Assembly (NCBI RefSeq): GCF_006345805.1
Contig: NC_043004.1
Span: 59,520,001-59,584,000 of the forward strand
Direction of reading: 5' to 3'
DNA: 64,000 nucleotides
DNA from: Octopus sinensis
Lineage: Eukaryota
The position numbers and the translations under genes were made by a program. Under the pieces are notes generated by a model, which was not told the origin of the DNA, made no database searches, and saw nothing but the letters and a program-made list of their open reading frames with translations. Below, one piece after another: positions 1 to 12,238 of the stretch (within the stretch, counting starts at the first letter, position 1; each line of letters starts with the position of its first letter).

Positions 1-265
1 AGAATACATACACTAACAGATATACGCACCGAAATGGGCAAATGTGAGCTCCTAGATTTACAACCTGTCAAATTCTTTTCGAGATCATGTGGATTTCAGA
101 AATTAACTAATCATCTGCCCCTTTGAGTGCTAGAAGTTAAGAAATAAAGATATAATGGAATAGACGTAAATCAGACGCGGATGACTTGGCACAGCACTCT
201 TAACGTGTGCATTCCAACAACTGGTTACCGCTGCTGTTATACCTAAGACAAATTATAATATATAC

Positions 266-354
266 TTGTATATATACATAGGTGCATTTACTCATTGGTA
301 TGTATACATCTATTCATATGTGTGCGCTAATATATATATACAAATACATATACC

Positions 355-413
<59 letters not shown>

Positions 414-574
414 CATATACATGCATGTATATAAAATGCACATATATACATCACTATATAAGCTCCGGTTTCAGTTCCACTGTGGGTCAAATGTTTAAGT
501 TCCTTCTACTAAGCTTCGGTTCGAATATAAAACATTATCAAGGAATTTTGTAGAGAGACTGAAAGTAACGTGTC

Positions 575-618
<44 letters not shown>

Positions 619-720
619 TATAAATATTATATGTGCATGTATGTATGTATATGTATATATACACTCAAACACGCACACACACATATATGTATTTGTGTGT
701 TTGTGAGTTTTTTTACGCGT
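266..720. repeat. (TA)n/(CA)n/(TG)n compound microsatellite region with a short unique insert
   Basis: Direct reading; source of the YIYI/HTHT-type ORFs in the track. Confidence 0.9.
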
Positions 721-930
721 GTGTCTTTGTGTCCGTTTTTGCCCTCCGCCACCGCTTTACAGACAATGTTGGAGACCTTACGTCCTCTTGACTTAGTGTT
801 TTCGCAAAAGTGATCGACAGAATAATTAATAGGCTCTAAAACTGAAATAATTACTGGGTTCGATTCGATTAAAATTCTACAAGGCTGGGCCCCAACATGG
901 TAGCAGTCTAGCGACTGAAATAAGTAAAAG
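720..930 (+). mobile_element. Degraded 3' part of SINE family B (CORE-like)
   Basis: Diverged match to the family B tail seen intact at 7891-8288 (ends GACTGAAATAAGTAAAAG). Confidence 0.5.
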
Positions 931-944
931 ATTAGAGAAAAAAA

Positions 945-1100
945 ATATATATGTATACACACACACACTCACACCAACACACACACACACACACACTCAC
1001 GCACACACACACAGACATACACACACACACTCAAACTGATGTATATGTATGTATAAATATATATATATTTAATTATTACATCATCCTCTCTATTTCTCTA

Positions 1101-1163
<63 letters not shown>

Positions 1164-1172
1164 GTATATATG

Positions 1173-1219
<47 letters not shown>

Positions 1220-1238
1220 ATATATTATATATATATAT
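945..1238. repeat. (CA)n/(TC)n/(TA)n microsatellite tract
   Basis: Direct reading. Confidence 0.95.
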
Positions 1239-1432
1239 AGTAATACTAAGTAATTAAGGGTTTAGCAACGATTTGCCTCACCACACACCGAATTTAGAAA
1301 TAGCAGTTAAAGAGTTATAGCCTTTATTTCTACTAAAAGGGAGATCTCAGTAAAACCACAGCACTTGAAAGGCAAACACACACAGGCAAGAGAGAAAGAA
1401 ATGACGGCAATCTATCCTACAATTTTAAGTCA

Positions 1433-1523
1433 CCTACGGACGTACGTTTCGAAATTAAGTTTTAGGAAAGCATAAGAATTAGATAATCATGTCTTACACA
1501 ACTTCTTTTCTCATCAGCGTAGG
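1433..1523 (-). ncRNA. Type I hammerhead ribozyme, copy 1
   Basis: Minus strand reads CCUACG-CUGAUGA-[GAAA..AAGUU..AACUU..UUUC stem II]-GAAA-C-GUAC-G-UC-CGUAGG. Perfect 6-bp stem I, canonical core, palindromic ACGUACGU stem III, GUC cleavage between 1439 and 1438. Confidence 0.85.
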
Positions 1524-1988
1524 ACACTACAATTATGAATAATTGTATATTAAATTTCGAGGTACTAGAAGGCATCATCTCAACTCAGTATCAGAGCGAG
1601 CAAAAGCCGTTACCAGTATCACCAAATTCAAAGTGTGAATGAAAGTCTGTGTCACCAACCCCTTCCCACCAGCGTGTAGCCAAGACAATATGTTGTGGTC
1701 ATTTACTTGGATGAAATATGGTTATCAGTAATAATATAGGGTGAAATTAATTAATTTGGAATAATCATTAATTTCACCATTCAAGGAAAGTTTAAGTAAT
1801 ACTAAGTAATTAAGGGTTTAGCAAAGATTTGCCTCACCACACACCGAATTTAGAAATAGCAGTCAAAGAGTTATAGCCTTTCTTTCTACTAAAAGGGAGA
1901 TCTCAGTAAAACCACAGCACTTGAAAGGCAAACACACACAGGCAAGAGAGAAAGAAATGACGGTAATCTATCCTACAATTTTAAGTCA

Positions 1989-2079
1989 CCTACGGACGTA
2001 CGTTTCGAAATTAAGTTTTAGGAAAGCATAAGAATTAGATAATCATGTCTTACCCAACTTCTTTTCTCATCAGCGTAGG
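1989..2079 (-). ncRNA. Type I hammerhead ribozyme, copy 2
   Basis: Same motif 556 bp downstream on the plus coordinate; core TCATCAG at 2067-2073, TTTC at 2003-2006; cleavage between 1995 and 1994. Confidence 0.85.
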
Positions 2080-2529
2080 ATACTACAATTATGAATAATT
2101 GTATATTAAATTTCGAGGTACTAGAAGGCATCATCTCAACTCAGTATCAGAGCAAACTAAAGCCGTTACCAGTATCACCAAATTCAAAGTGTGAATGAAA
2201 GTTTGTGTCACCAACCCCTTCCCACCAGCGTGTAGCCAAGACAAGATGTTGTGGTCATTTACTGGGATGAAATATGGTTATCAGTAATAATATAGGGTGA
2301 AATTAATTAATTTGGAATAATCATTAATTTCACCAAGTAGATTTCGGCATGTAAAAGCCTCATTCGAGGAAAGTTTAAGTAATACTAAGTAATTAAGGGT
2401 TTAGCAACGATTTGCCTCACTACACACCGAATTTAGAAATAGCAGTCAAAGAGTTATAGCCTTTCTTTCTACTTAAAGGGAGATCTCAGTAAAACCACAG
2501 CACTTGAAAGGCAAACACAGACAGGCAAG

Positions 2530-2607
<78 letters not shown>

Positions 2608-3119
2608 TATACACATACACATATTCCTCTACAATCACACGGGGTAACCTATGGATACATCTATATATAAATACATATAACCATTCTAAGACCCCACTCA
2701 AGAATTTAATATAACGAAATATATCATTTGAATCTTACATAAATCCTGAAAAGAAAGATATTAAATAAATTTAACTATATTTAATAGATTGAAATTTACC
2801 CGAAACCGGGGAAAAAATATCGGAGGTTTCTAAAATGTTGCATGCTGATAATCGATGGGACTTTTGTATGAAATTTTAGCTATATCTTTTGATCTATTGT
2901 GTAGTATTTCATTCAAGTGGAGTGATTATTCATCAGATAAAGTTGTATGTATATATGTAGCTATGTACGTGTGTGTGAGTGTACATATACATGTGTGTGT
3001 GTTTATATATATAAATACACACACACACACACACACACACACAGATATATATATATGTATGTATGTATTTATGTATATGAACATATCAATTTATTCATTT
3101 TAGATATTTTATCTACATA

Positions 3120-3295
3120 GCTACCGGTATAGCTACGTGGGTAAGGGATTCGCTTTGGAACCATTTGGTTTCAGGTTCTGTTGTTCAGTAAGGCATCTTG
3201 GGCTAGTGGGTCAGGGTCTCTTACTGTGACCTCGGTTGACAATTGCCTTGTGAGGATAAAATACCGATGGAAACAATATACAAGCCCATCATATG
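3120..3295 (+). mobile_element. Degraded 5' part of SINE family B
   Basis: Diverged match to the family B head and CORE-like segment (GGCATCTTGGGCTAG...GCCTTGTGAG). Confidence 0.45.
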
Positions 3296-4429
3296 TGTGT
3301 TTCCGTGTGTTTTATTTTGTGTGTGTGTGTGCGTAACTGAGTTATATGTGTATGTATGTGTGCCCTCACGTGTATGTGCACCCTCTCTGCTTATATCGCC
3401 AGTGTCTTTCTTTGGCATCATTTGAAAAGTGACGTCATTTATATCAACATACTAGTGCGAAAAACAGGATCGTCTGAAATGAGTATCAGGCATTGAAAAA
3501 AGGTCCTGGGAGCCATATACTTGATTAAAGAACCGTATACACAGTGCTCTTCCGTGGACAGTAAGTGTAACGAGTTACAAAGTGAGATATTGTTTTCTTT
3601 TACATTTTATAGTACAATTCTCTTTATACATGTTGCTTATGATTGTAAAATACACATGTTCTGTTTTAGTTTCATATACTTTGACGTAGGTAATTAAGCA
3701 AAAGTGCTGATGACATTACGCAGTATTAATTCAATACAGTTTTGTAATTGTTCAGCTTTCATTGATGGAATATATAGAAATACATCGATAACTATGTTTA
3801 TGGGGGGCGGGGTATAGTTTCCTGCATCGTGAGTAATATTGCAAGATTAATTGCGTGTTATTTCGTATGTCACGGACGATAATCACAGAGAATATCCAAG
3901 CTCATTCTGACTGAAATAAATTTTAATTCAAGGTTAAGACTTTCATTGATAGGAGATAACCTTTGCCATTCAACAATTATAAATAAGACTCTCTTAGAAT
4001 GGTTATTTGTCAAACTCAGAACTCTACTATAATGAATTATTCCACAATACTTCCACTTTAAAAGTATACACGAGCGTCGTATATGTAACAAACTAAATTT
4101 CTGTAATTGTTTTTTGAAGGAATGTAGGGCAACTCCCATAGGTATTTTTAGTAGCAGTCTCTTTAGGATAAGTACTTTTGCTGACCGGTGTGACACAGGA
4201 TAATTTTTCAAAATGAGATGAGAACACATCTAGATGAGGTACGTCTGAGAAGATTCCTGTCAAACACAGGAGTGGAAGTGGGGATGGATAATAACACACA
4301 ACGTGAATGATTAAATTTAGGGTTCGCATCTATAAGATGTAAGTAGCTTAAAGTACTCAAAGCTCAAACGAGTTCAAATTCAGTCCCATGTTCAAACCCT
4401 GTATAAAGGCCATTCAGCAAATCATATCT

Positions 4430-4578
4430 ATATATGCAGTGCGCACGCGTGTCTGAGCGTGTATATGTATATGAATGGATATTTTATATATATTTAGGAG
4501 TGTTTACATATATATATCTATATGTTAATATATACATATATAATATATATATATAATATATATATATATATGTATATA

Positions 4579-4615
<37 letters not shown>

Positions 4616-4619
4616 ATAC

Positions 4620-4652
<33 letters not shown>

Positions 4653-4925
4653 ATATAATATATATAATATATATATATATATATATGTGTATACATATAT
4701 ATATATATATATGTATATATATTATATATATATGTATTATATATATATATATAATATATATATATATAATATATATATATATATATACATATATATATAC
4801 ATATATATATATATTATATATATTTTTCTCTATCTATCTATCTATCTACCTATATATATGTATATATATATATATATAATACATATACATATGTGTGTCT
4901 ATACACACTCACACACAAACACACA
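4430..4925. repeat. (TA)n-rich compound microsatellite
   Basis: Direct reading. Confidence 0.95.
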
Positions 4926-5962
4926 TAAAATCATATTCTCAGGTAATGATACGCATTTAGTAAATTTTTCCTTTGAAATTGCTAATGGTAGTCGAAGCGA
5001 CATTTCAGAAATCTGATTCTGTGAATATTTTTCCCATATGCGATCAAAGCAAAGAGATGAAACAAACACTTGCTGCGTGTGACATATTAGTCGTAATCAT
5101 CTATTCAAATCTGAACTGATATCTCATGTTTGTTTACATTACAATGACTGCTGAAATATTTCTTCGGGATTCAGATAAAACCAGGATTAGAACCAAATTT
5201 AAGCTATTGTATTGAGTTTGTCAGCAGCATTGAAATAAGCGCATATGCGTGGCACGTGTATGTAGATATATATAATTATATATATGTAGTGCATATACTA
5301 TCGTGCGTATGTGCACATGTATTTGTGAGTATATAAATATGGAGATGTTTAAAAACATAGGCATTTACAGGAAGAGATACGAATATAGATAACGAACTTC
5401 TACCACCACCCCAGTACCACGGCTAATAAGATTAAATGCAGCAAAATCGAACCATCCTACCATACTATATACAAGCAGCGAACACACTTATACATACAGA
5501 AAATAGAGACATTTATAGCGATAAACATACCTTACAAAAGCCAAAAAGTGAAGTGCGTAAAGATATGTACACGAATGTACTTTTGTTCTTATATTGGCTC
5601 CAGAAAAAAAAAATGACCGAAACGAAAATAAAAGCCAACAAAAACAGCAAATAACAGAAATTAAATCAAGAACAATAAGTAAAGAATAGTTCTAATACAA
5701 TGCATACCGATACTTGACAACATATAATTGGTTTCTGACAAAGTAACGTAAGCAGGAGATTTCAAATCTTTGATAAGTTGCCAGATGTGTCATATAAGAA
5801 ATATTATTTAACATTAAAATTAAAGCTAATGCAAACTGTAAGGAATGCTTTTGATTATTGGAAGCATGGCCTTCAGAAATTTCAACAGCATTGACTTGAA
5901 AACACGATTTCAAACAGAAGTAATCTTTGTGAAATGATCTCATAAAAAATATTTTTTATACT

Positions 5963-6250
<288 letters not shown>

Positions 6251-6348
6251 CGGAAGAAGCTTTATGAAAATAAACAAAAGACGAGGCAGGTGGAAAACAA
6301 ACGAACAATTGTATTAGTATGGCGCTCAGGAAATATAAATAAAACAAG

Positions 6349-6386
6349 TCTTTAACGTTTCGAGCCTACGCTCTTCAACAGAAAGA
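6349..6386 (-). ncRNA. Hammerhead-like motif with core variant (A6U plus one inserted A)
   Basis: Minus strand reads UCUUU-CUGUUGA-A-GAGC-GUAG-GCUC-GAAA-CG-UU-AAAGA. 5-bp stem I, 4-bp stem II, zero-loop ACGU stem III. Lies in a repeat (6250-6425) related to those at 30458-30590 and 34618-34740. Confidence 0.55.
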
Positions 6387-6424
6387 TACACAGAGAGAGA
6401 AAAACACAGAAAGAAGGAGAGAAA

Positions 6425-6492
<68 letters not shown>

Positions 6493-6496
<4 letters not shown>

Positions 6497-6808
6497 GCGC
6501 GTGGCTTAGTGGTTAGGGCATTCGGCTCGCACATGATCATAAGGTTGTGAGTTCGATTCCCGGCGACGCGTTGTGACACTTTATTTCACGTTACTCCAGT
6601 CCACTCAGCTGGCAAAAATGAGTTGTACCTGTATTTCAAAGGGCCAGCGTTGTCACACTCTGTGTCACGCTGAATCTCCTTGCGAACTACGGTAAGGGTA
6701 CACGTGTCTGTGGAATACTCAGCCATTTGCACGTTAATTTCACGAGCAAGCTGTTCCGTTGATCGTATCAGCTGGGACTCTCGTCGTCGTAACCGACGGA
6801 GTGCTCCT
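6493..6808 (+). mobile_element. tRNA-derived SINE, family C (tail ...CTCGTCGTCGTAACCGACGGAGTGC)
   Basis: A-box-like TGGCTTAGTGG and B-box-like GTTCGATTCC; collinear with the copy at 46006-46333. Confidence 0.85.
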
Positions 6809-7035
6809 TTCGTCGTATATATATATATATATATATGATGTATCATGTCCTGGTCGTTAGATTTACGATTCCTACTGGTATGTTTAGGGCTTCAGTTAAG
6901 AGTATCACTAATCTGTCTACAGCCAGTGTGATGGTTTGTGATTGTTATAGTCCTTAGGAGCATTAATAGTTTAAATATACAGAGATAATGTAGAAGGAAT
7001 TAAGATAGACACAAGAAACATTTATTATGCATTGT

Positions 7036-7172
7036 TCCCAGCCGACGTTTCCGCATCGTTCTTATTATTGCATGCTCTGCCGTGGTGTCCAGTTATATTT
7101 GAATACTGAGCCACACCAACATATGGTAGTTATGGTTTTTCGAATATCCTGTGTTTGGTCATCAGGCTGGGG
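7036..7172 (-). ncRNA. Candidate type I hammerhead with a long (107-nt) stem II region
   Basis: Minus strand reads CCCCAGC-CUGAUGA-(107 nt)-GAAA-CG-UC-GGCUGGGA; stem I pairs with one bulged G. Confidence 0.4.
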
Positions 7173-7280
7173 CTAAAATGCTGTAAATATCGTACATTGT
7201 TTGGGGTATATAGGAAGAATATATAACTACCCACTTGATTAGAACAAAACAAAAGCAGAAAATGACTGGAAAGAAATGAA

Positions 7281-7386
7281 AGGCGGCGAACTGGTAGAAA
7301 TGTTTAGCGGTATTTCGTCCGTCGCTACGTTTTGAGTTCAAATTCCGCCGAGGTCGACTTTGCCTGTCATCCTTTCGGGGGTCAAT

Positions 7387-7440
<54 letters not shown>

Positions 7441-7570
7441 CTATATATATATATATTATATATATATATGGTGCCATCATGTCTTGGGTCGTTAGACTTA
7501 ATCCGTTTGTCTGTCCTTGTTTGTCCCCTCTGTGTGTAGCCCTTGTGGGCAGAGTATAAGAAATAAGAAA
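7281..7570 (+). mobile_element. SINE family A, internally deleted and interrupted by (TA)n
   Basis: Head AAGGCGGCGAACTGG, B box GTTCAAATTCC, tail TTTGTCCCCTCTGTG...AAGAAATAAG. Confidence 0.75.
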
Positions 7571-7890
7571 TGAAAGGAAAAGAAAATATATAGGCAAAAG
7601 ACAAAAACAAATACATGTAATGGTCGAAGATTGTGAAAGTGTGTTGTCATTATGTTTACACGCTGGTTGACATTTGGAATCAAAACTTGACTGAGAGTCA
7701 ATGGTAAATGGCAAACCTATAGAAATGTAGCTGCAATGCCAAGTGTTCGTATTTACTCCAGTCTTTCACATTTCAGCGAAAATTTCCTGGTGATTCGCAT
7801 TCGTATAATTATAGCTGCCCAACGTGGTCGTAGTCCGATGACTGAAACAAATAAAAGAGATAGAAAGTAAGAGTCTTCAAATAATAATAA

Positions 7891-8054
7891 GGCGTAGGAG
7901 TAGCTGTGTGGTAAGTAGCTTGCTTATGAACCACATTGTTCTGGGTTCAGTCCCACTGCGTGGCACCTCGGGCAACTGTCTTTTACTATAGCCCCGGGTC
8001 GAACAACACCTTGTGAGTGGATTTGGTAGACCGAAACTGAAAGAAGCCCGTCGT

Positions 8055-8088
<34 letters not shown>

Positions 8089-8288
8089 ATATATGTTTGT
8101 GTGTCTGTGTTTGTCCCCTCCAACATCGCTTGACAACCAATGCTGCTGTGTTTACGTCCCCGGTTCGGAAAAAGAGACCAATAGAATAAGTACTAGGCTT
8201 TCAAAGAATAAGTCCTGGGGTCGATTTGCTCGACTAAATGCGGTGCTCCAGTATGGTCACTGTCAAATGACTGAAACAGGTAAAAGAG
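7891..8288 (+). mobile_element. tRNA-derived SINE family B (CORE-like central segment)
   Basis: Head GGCGTAGGAGTAGCTGTGTGGTAAG, segment GTGGCACCTCGGGCAACTGTC, internal (TA)(TG) tract, tail GACTGAAACAGGTAAAAGAG; several other copies in the window. Confidence 0.9.
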
Positions 8289-9149
8289 TAAGCGTATAAT
8301 GATTGGAAAATATATATTCCTAAGTATAGCTTACTTCTACTGCACTTCATATCCAAAATGAAGATCTGGAACTTGAAATTTGAATAAGCAAATACGAGGT
8401 GCCAGCTGTTGCAATCTTTAATAATTCTTTCCCAGTGGAACTCAGTGTTGTATTTCTCCTCATTTCATATTATATATGAACGCAGATGAGTGCGTCCAAG
8501 TGTATGTGTGTGCTCGAGTGCGTGTTTGTGTAATTGCCTTTGTATATATATTTATATGTGGGTTGGCTTGTTTTGGTGAGTCTGTTAATATATGAAAGCA
8601 TCTCTGAATATATCATAAACACATTCGTGCGTATGTGGGGCTGAAATTAGATGTGTGTGTGTGAGTGTTCGTATCTGTGTGTGTGTGTTTGTATGATTGT
8701 AAACATAAACACCATGCAAACAATGATGTAAAATTTAAATATTTTCTAAATCGATAAAGATCTGGTTTCATAAATTTATTACAAAAAGCGGTTATCATGT
8801 GTCGTTGTAATTTCATGTATTTCTAACGTTAAGGTTTGAAAGGAATCGAAGAGATCCTGTTTCCCAATTTTCAGTGAAGAGTAGTAATATGAGACAAACG
8901 TTGAACATCGTGTATACTTATGAAATTGGAATCATCGTATCGGAAAAATTTCGAAATTTATGAATTAATAAATTTCAAATGCAGAATTACTTTGCATTTT
9001 ACCTGTTATTTTCGATTTCTTCGTGGCTTCAGATCCTGGTGAGATGAAAGTATAACGGTCAAGGATATTCTATATATTTTTCATCGTAGGGAAAATATTC
9101 CCTACTTCAAAGTATTCCGTTATCTAACTATTGTAGATATACGATATAT

Positions 9150-9307
9150 ATTTAATATATGTGCATCATGGACATCATTACGTTATTAATAAGAATATAT
9201 ATATATATATGTAATTTCATTTTATTTTGTCTTACTGTATACATGATAATTATCAGCAAGTATATATGGTATGTATGTATGTACGTATGTATGTATGATA
9301 TATATAT

Positions 9308-9344
<37 letters not shown>

Positions 9345-9523
9345 GTATGTATGTATATATATACACGTATATGTGCATATATGTATATACACACACACGT
9401 ATATATATATATACATGCATACATTAAAACATACATACATACACAAATACTTACGCATACATATATGTATGTTTGTGTATATTTATGCGGGAGTATGTGT
9501 GTATCTCTCTATCTCTCTCTCAA

Positions 9524-9562
<39 letters not shown>

Positions 9563-10261
9563 TAAGAACAGACATGCATAAGCTAAAAACGCTGATTGCA
9601 ACAGTCGAAAGCTTCATCACACACATGACATGAAGTCACCTGATACTTGATCAAAGTATTAGGTATATTGTGAATTCCAGATGCAACGTTTATGTGTGCA
9701 TATTCTGCAATTTCCGCCTAATTCATTGGAAGGAAAATCCCGCTACACCGGGCATTTATGCATATATCAACATCTATATGTGTGCATGTATGCGTCTGTG
9801 TGTACAAGCATGTGGTTTTACGCGTGTGTGCGTGTAGGTTGTAATGTATGTGTGTATGGATGGATAGGCGAAGAAATATGGATGAATAACTTAGACAGGT
9901 CAATATATAACAACTCATAAATTCATAGATTCATACAAACAGGAGCATATGTATATATATAAGAAATGAATATTTATAATACAGCTGTATATGCATGCAT
10001 ACATACAAACACACACACACATACAGACACACACACGCATATATATATATACATAATATACATATATATTTACGTATATAAATGCGTACATATATATAGA
10101 TATGTATATGTGTATATATATACATATATACATATGTATGTGTATATATATATATATATACATACATATATATATGTATACATATATATACATACATAAT
10201 ATATATATGTATGTGTGTATATATATATATACATACATACATATATATATATATTATTATA

Positions 10262-10296
<35 letters not shown>

Positions 10297-10302
10297 ATAA
10301 TA

Positions 10303-10350
<48 letters not shown>

Positions 10351-10520
10351 TATATGGTATTTATGAATATGGAGTATAATATAGTAAACAAAAGAATGTG
10401 TAGCTAGATGGATACGTCCAATGACTGCGTATGTAAATACATCCATGCATCAGGTGTGTGAGTATATATGTGTGTGCATGTGTATGTGAGTGTATGTATG
10501 TATATATGTGTGTGTGTATA
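9150..10520. repeat. Compound (TA)/(TATG)/(CA) microsatellite blocks with short unique spacers
   Basis: Direct reading. Confidence 0.85.
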
Positions 10521-11159
10521 TAACGTTTCCTATTTCAATTCATTATAATTATGCTCTACTACCCACGGTGCTATAATTTTCCCCCTTCTCTCTTTGAATC
10601 TCCCCCTATACCTAATTCTCTTCAATTTCCATTTCACTCTTTTCCATTCAGTATATCTGATTCCCACCTGACTCTCTTTCTCTCCTTCTCTCTCGATATA
10701 CACATACACTCACACGTATATGCACACACAACTCTCACGCACACAGACGCATATATATTTATCTTCTATGTTCACTCTTCACTTTCCCCTCCGTTATTTT
10801 CCTTAGCTTTAAGCTACAGCACTTTACTGACGAGTATAATCTAAAGAAAATTTGTCTGAGCAGTTATTTCACACTCCTGTAAAAAGAAATAAGAAAAGGA
10901 ACCCAAAATAAAACTAAACTAAAAGAATAACGATTAAGGAAAAATAAAATCACAAAACCAAAATTAAAGCGAAAACAAAAATATACTTCTCCCTAAATTA
11001 GCAATGTTTGTAGTTCCCTAAAAATTGCGGTTCTCGTCCATCTGCAAAAATGGTTCTAAATTGAGTATTCACAATTTGATTCATTAGCAATCAATCGTTT
11101 AAAACGATACTGTTGCAAGAATAAAGAAAACGTAGCCGTTAACTTTTATTCAATAATCA

Positions 11160-11562
11160 TTTCTGCAGAAATACGATCAACATTTCTAGTTTCGTTCTCC
11201 ATAAGAGAGCGTCTTTCTTGGTTAGTTTCTTCCTTACTATTTTCTTTTCCTTTCTTACTTTTCCTTTCTTCCTTTCTTTTTCACATTCCTTCCTTCCTTT
11301 CTTCCTTCCTTCTTTTAGTTTTCCTTTCTTTCCCCTTGCAATTCTCGTTCTTCCGTTTCTCAGACCATTCATCCGCTTTATTCATCTTTTCACATCATCA
11401 TCACCATCATCACCATCATTATTAAGACTACCACAATCTCCAACAACGCAGTCGTCATCGTCATCGTTGTCACCAATATGATCATAATTAATGCCCCTCC
11501 TCCTCCTCCTCCTACTACTACTCTTGTTGTTGTTTTTGTTGTTGTTGGTCTTCTTCTTATTA

Positions 11563-11606
<44 letters not shown>

Positions 11607-11632
11607 TATTATTATTATTATTATTATTATAG
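11160..11632. repeat. Pyrimidine-rich low-complexity tract followed by (CAT)/(CCT)/(GTT)/(ATT)n trinucleotide repeats
   Basis: Direct reading. Confidence 0.85.
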
Positions 11633-11633
11633 T

Positions 11634-12238
11634 AAGGCGTCGAAATGGCAGAAACGTTAGCACGCCGGGCGAAATGCGTAGCCGTATTTCGTCTGACGTT
11701 ACGTTCTGGGTTCAAATTTCGCCGAGGTCGACTTTGACTTTCATCCTTCGGGGTCGATAAACTAAGTACCAGTTGCGCACTGGGGTCGATGCAATCTACT
11801 TTATCCATTTGTCTGTCCTTGTTTGTCCCCTCTGTGTTTAGCCCCTTGTGGGTAGTAAAGAAATAGGTAATTCATCTGCCGCTACATTCTGACTTCAAAT
11901 TCCGCCGAGGTCGACTTTGCCTTTCATCCTTTCGCGATCGATGAAATAAGTACCAGTTACACACAAGGATCGATATATTCGACTTGATCTGTTTGTCTGT
12001 CCTTGTTTGTCCTCTCTGTGTTGTTTAGCCCCTTGAGGGTAGTAAAGAAATAGGTATTTTATCTGCCGTTACGTTCTGAGTTCAAATTCCACCGAGGTCG
12101 ACTTTGCCTTTCATCCTTTCGGTGTCGTTAAATTAAGTACCAGTTACGCACCGGGGTCGATGTAATCGACTTAATCCGTTTGTCTGTCCTTGTTTGTCCC
12201 CTCTGTGTTTAGCCCCTTGTGGGCAGTAAAGAAATAAG
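11634..12238 (+). mobile_element. SINE family A concatemer: one head plus three tandem body units of about 185 bp
   Basis: Body restarts (GTATTTCGTCTG-like) at about 11684, 11867 and 12054, the last two directly after the tail AAAGAAATAG. Confidence 0.9.

Larger units (their letters stand above)
1239..2529 (-). mobile_element. Tandem array (about 2.3 copies) of a 556/583-bp non-coding unit carrying a hammerhead ribozyme; Penelope pLTR-like or retrozyme-like element
   Basis: AGTAATACTAAGTAATTAAGGG starts at 1239, 1795 and 2378. Copies are near-identical; the third is truncated at 2529. Flanked by (TA)n on both sides. No ORF. Each full unit has an HHR on the minus strand. Confidence 0.8.

Noticed and set aside
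3707-3790. CTGATGA with a downstream GAAA (likewise 2930, 10826, 17971, 29125, 32985, 40016, 41702, 44662)
   Set aside because: No compatible stem I, stem III or NUH site could be formed.
6493-6565. tRNA-like sequences at SINE 5' ends (also 46333, 47632, 50414, 58041)
   Set aside because: A and B boxes are present but there is no complete cloverleaf; these are SINE heads, not tRNA genes.
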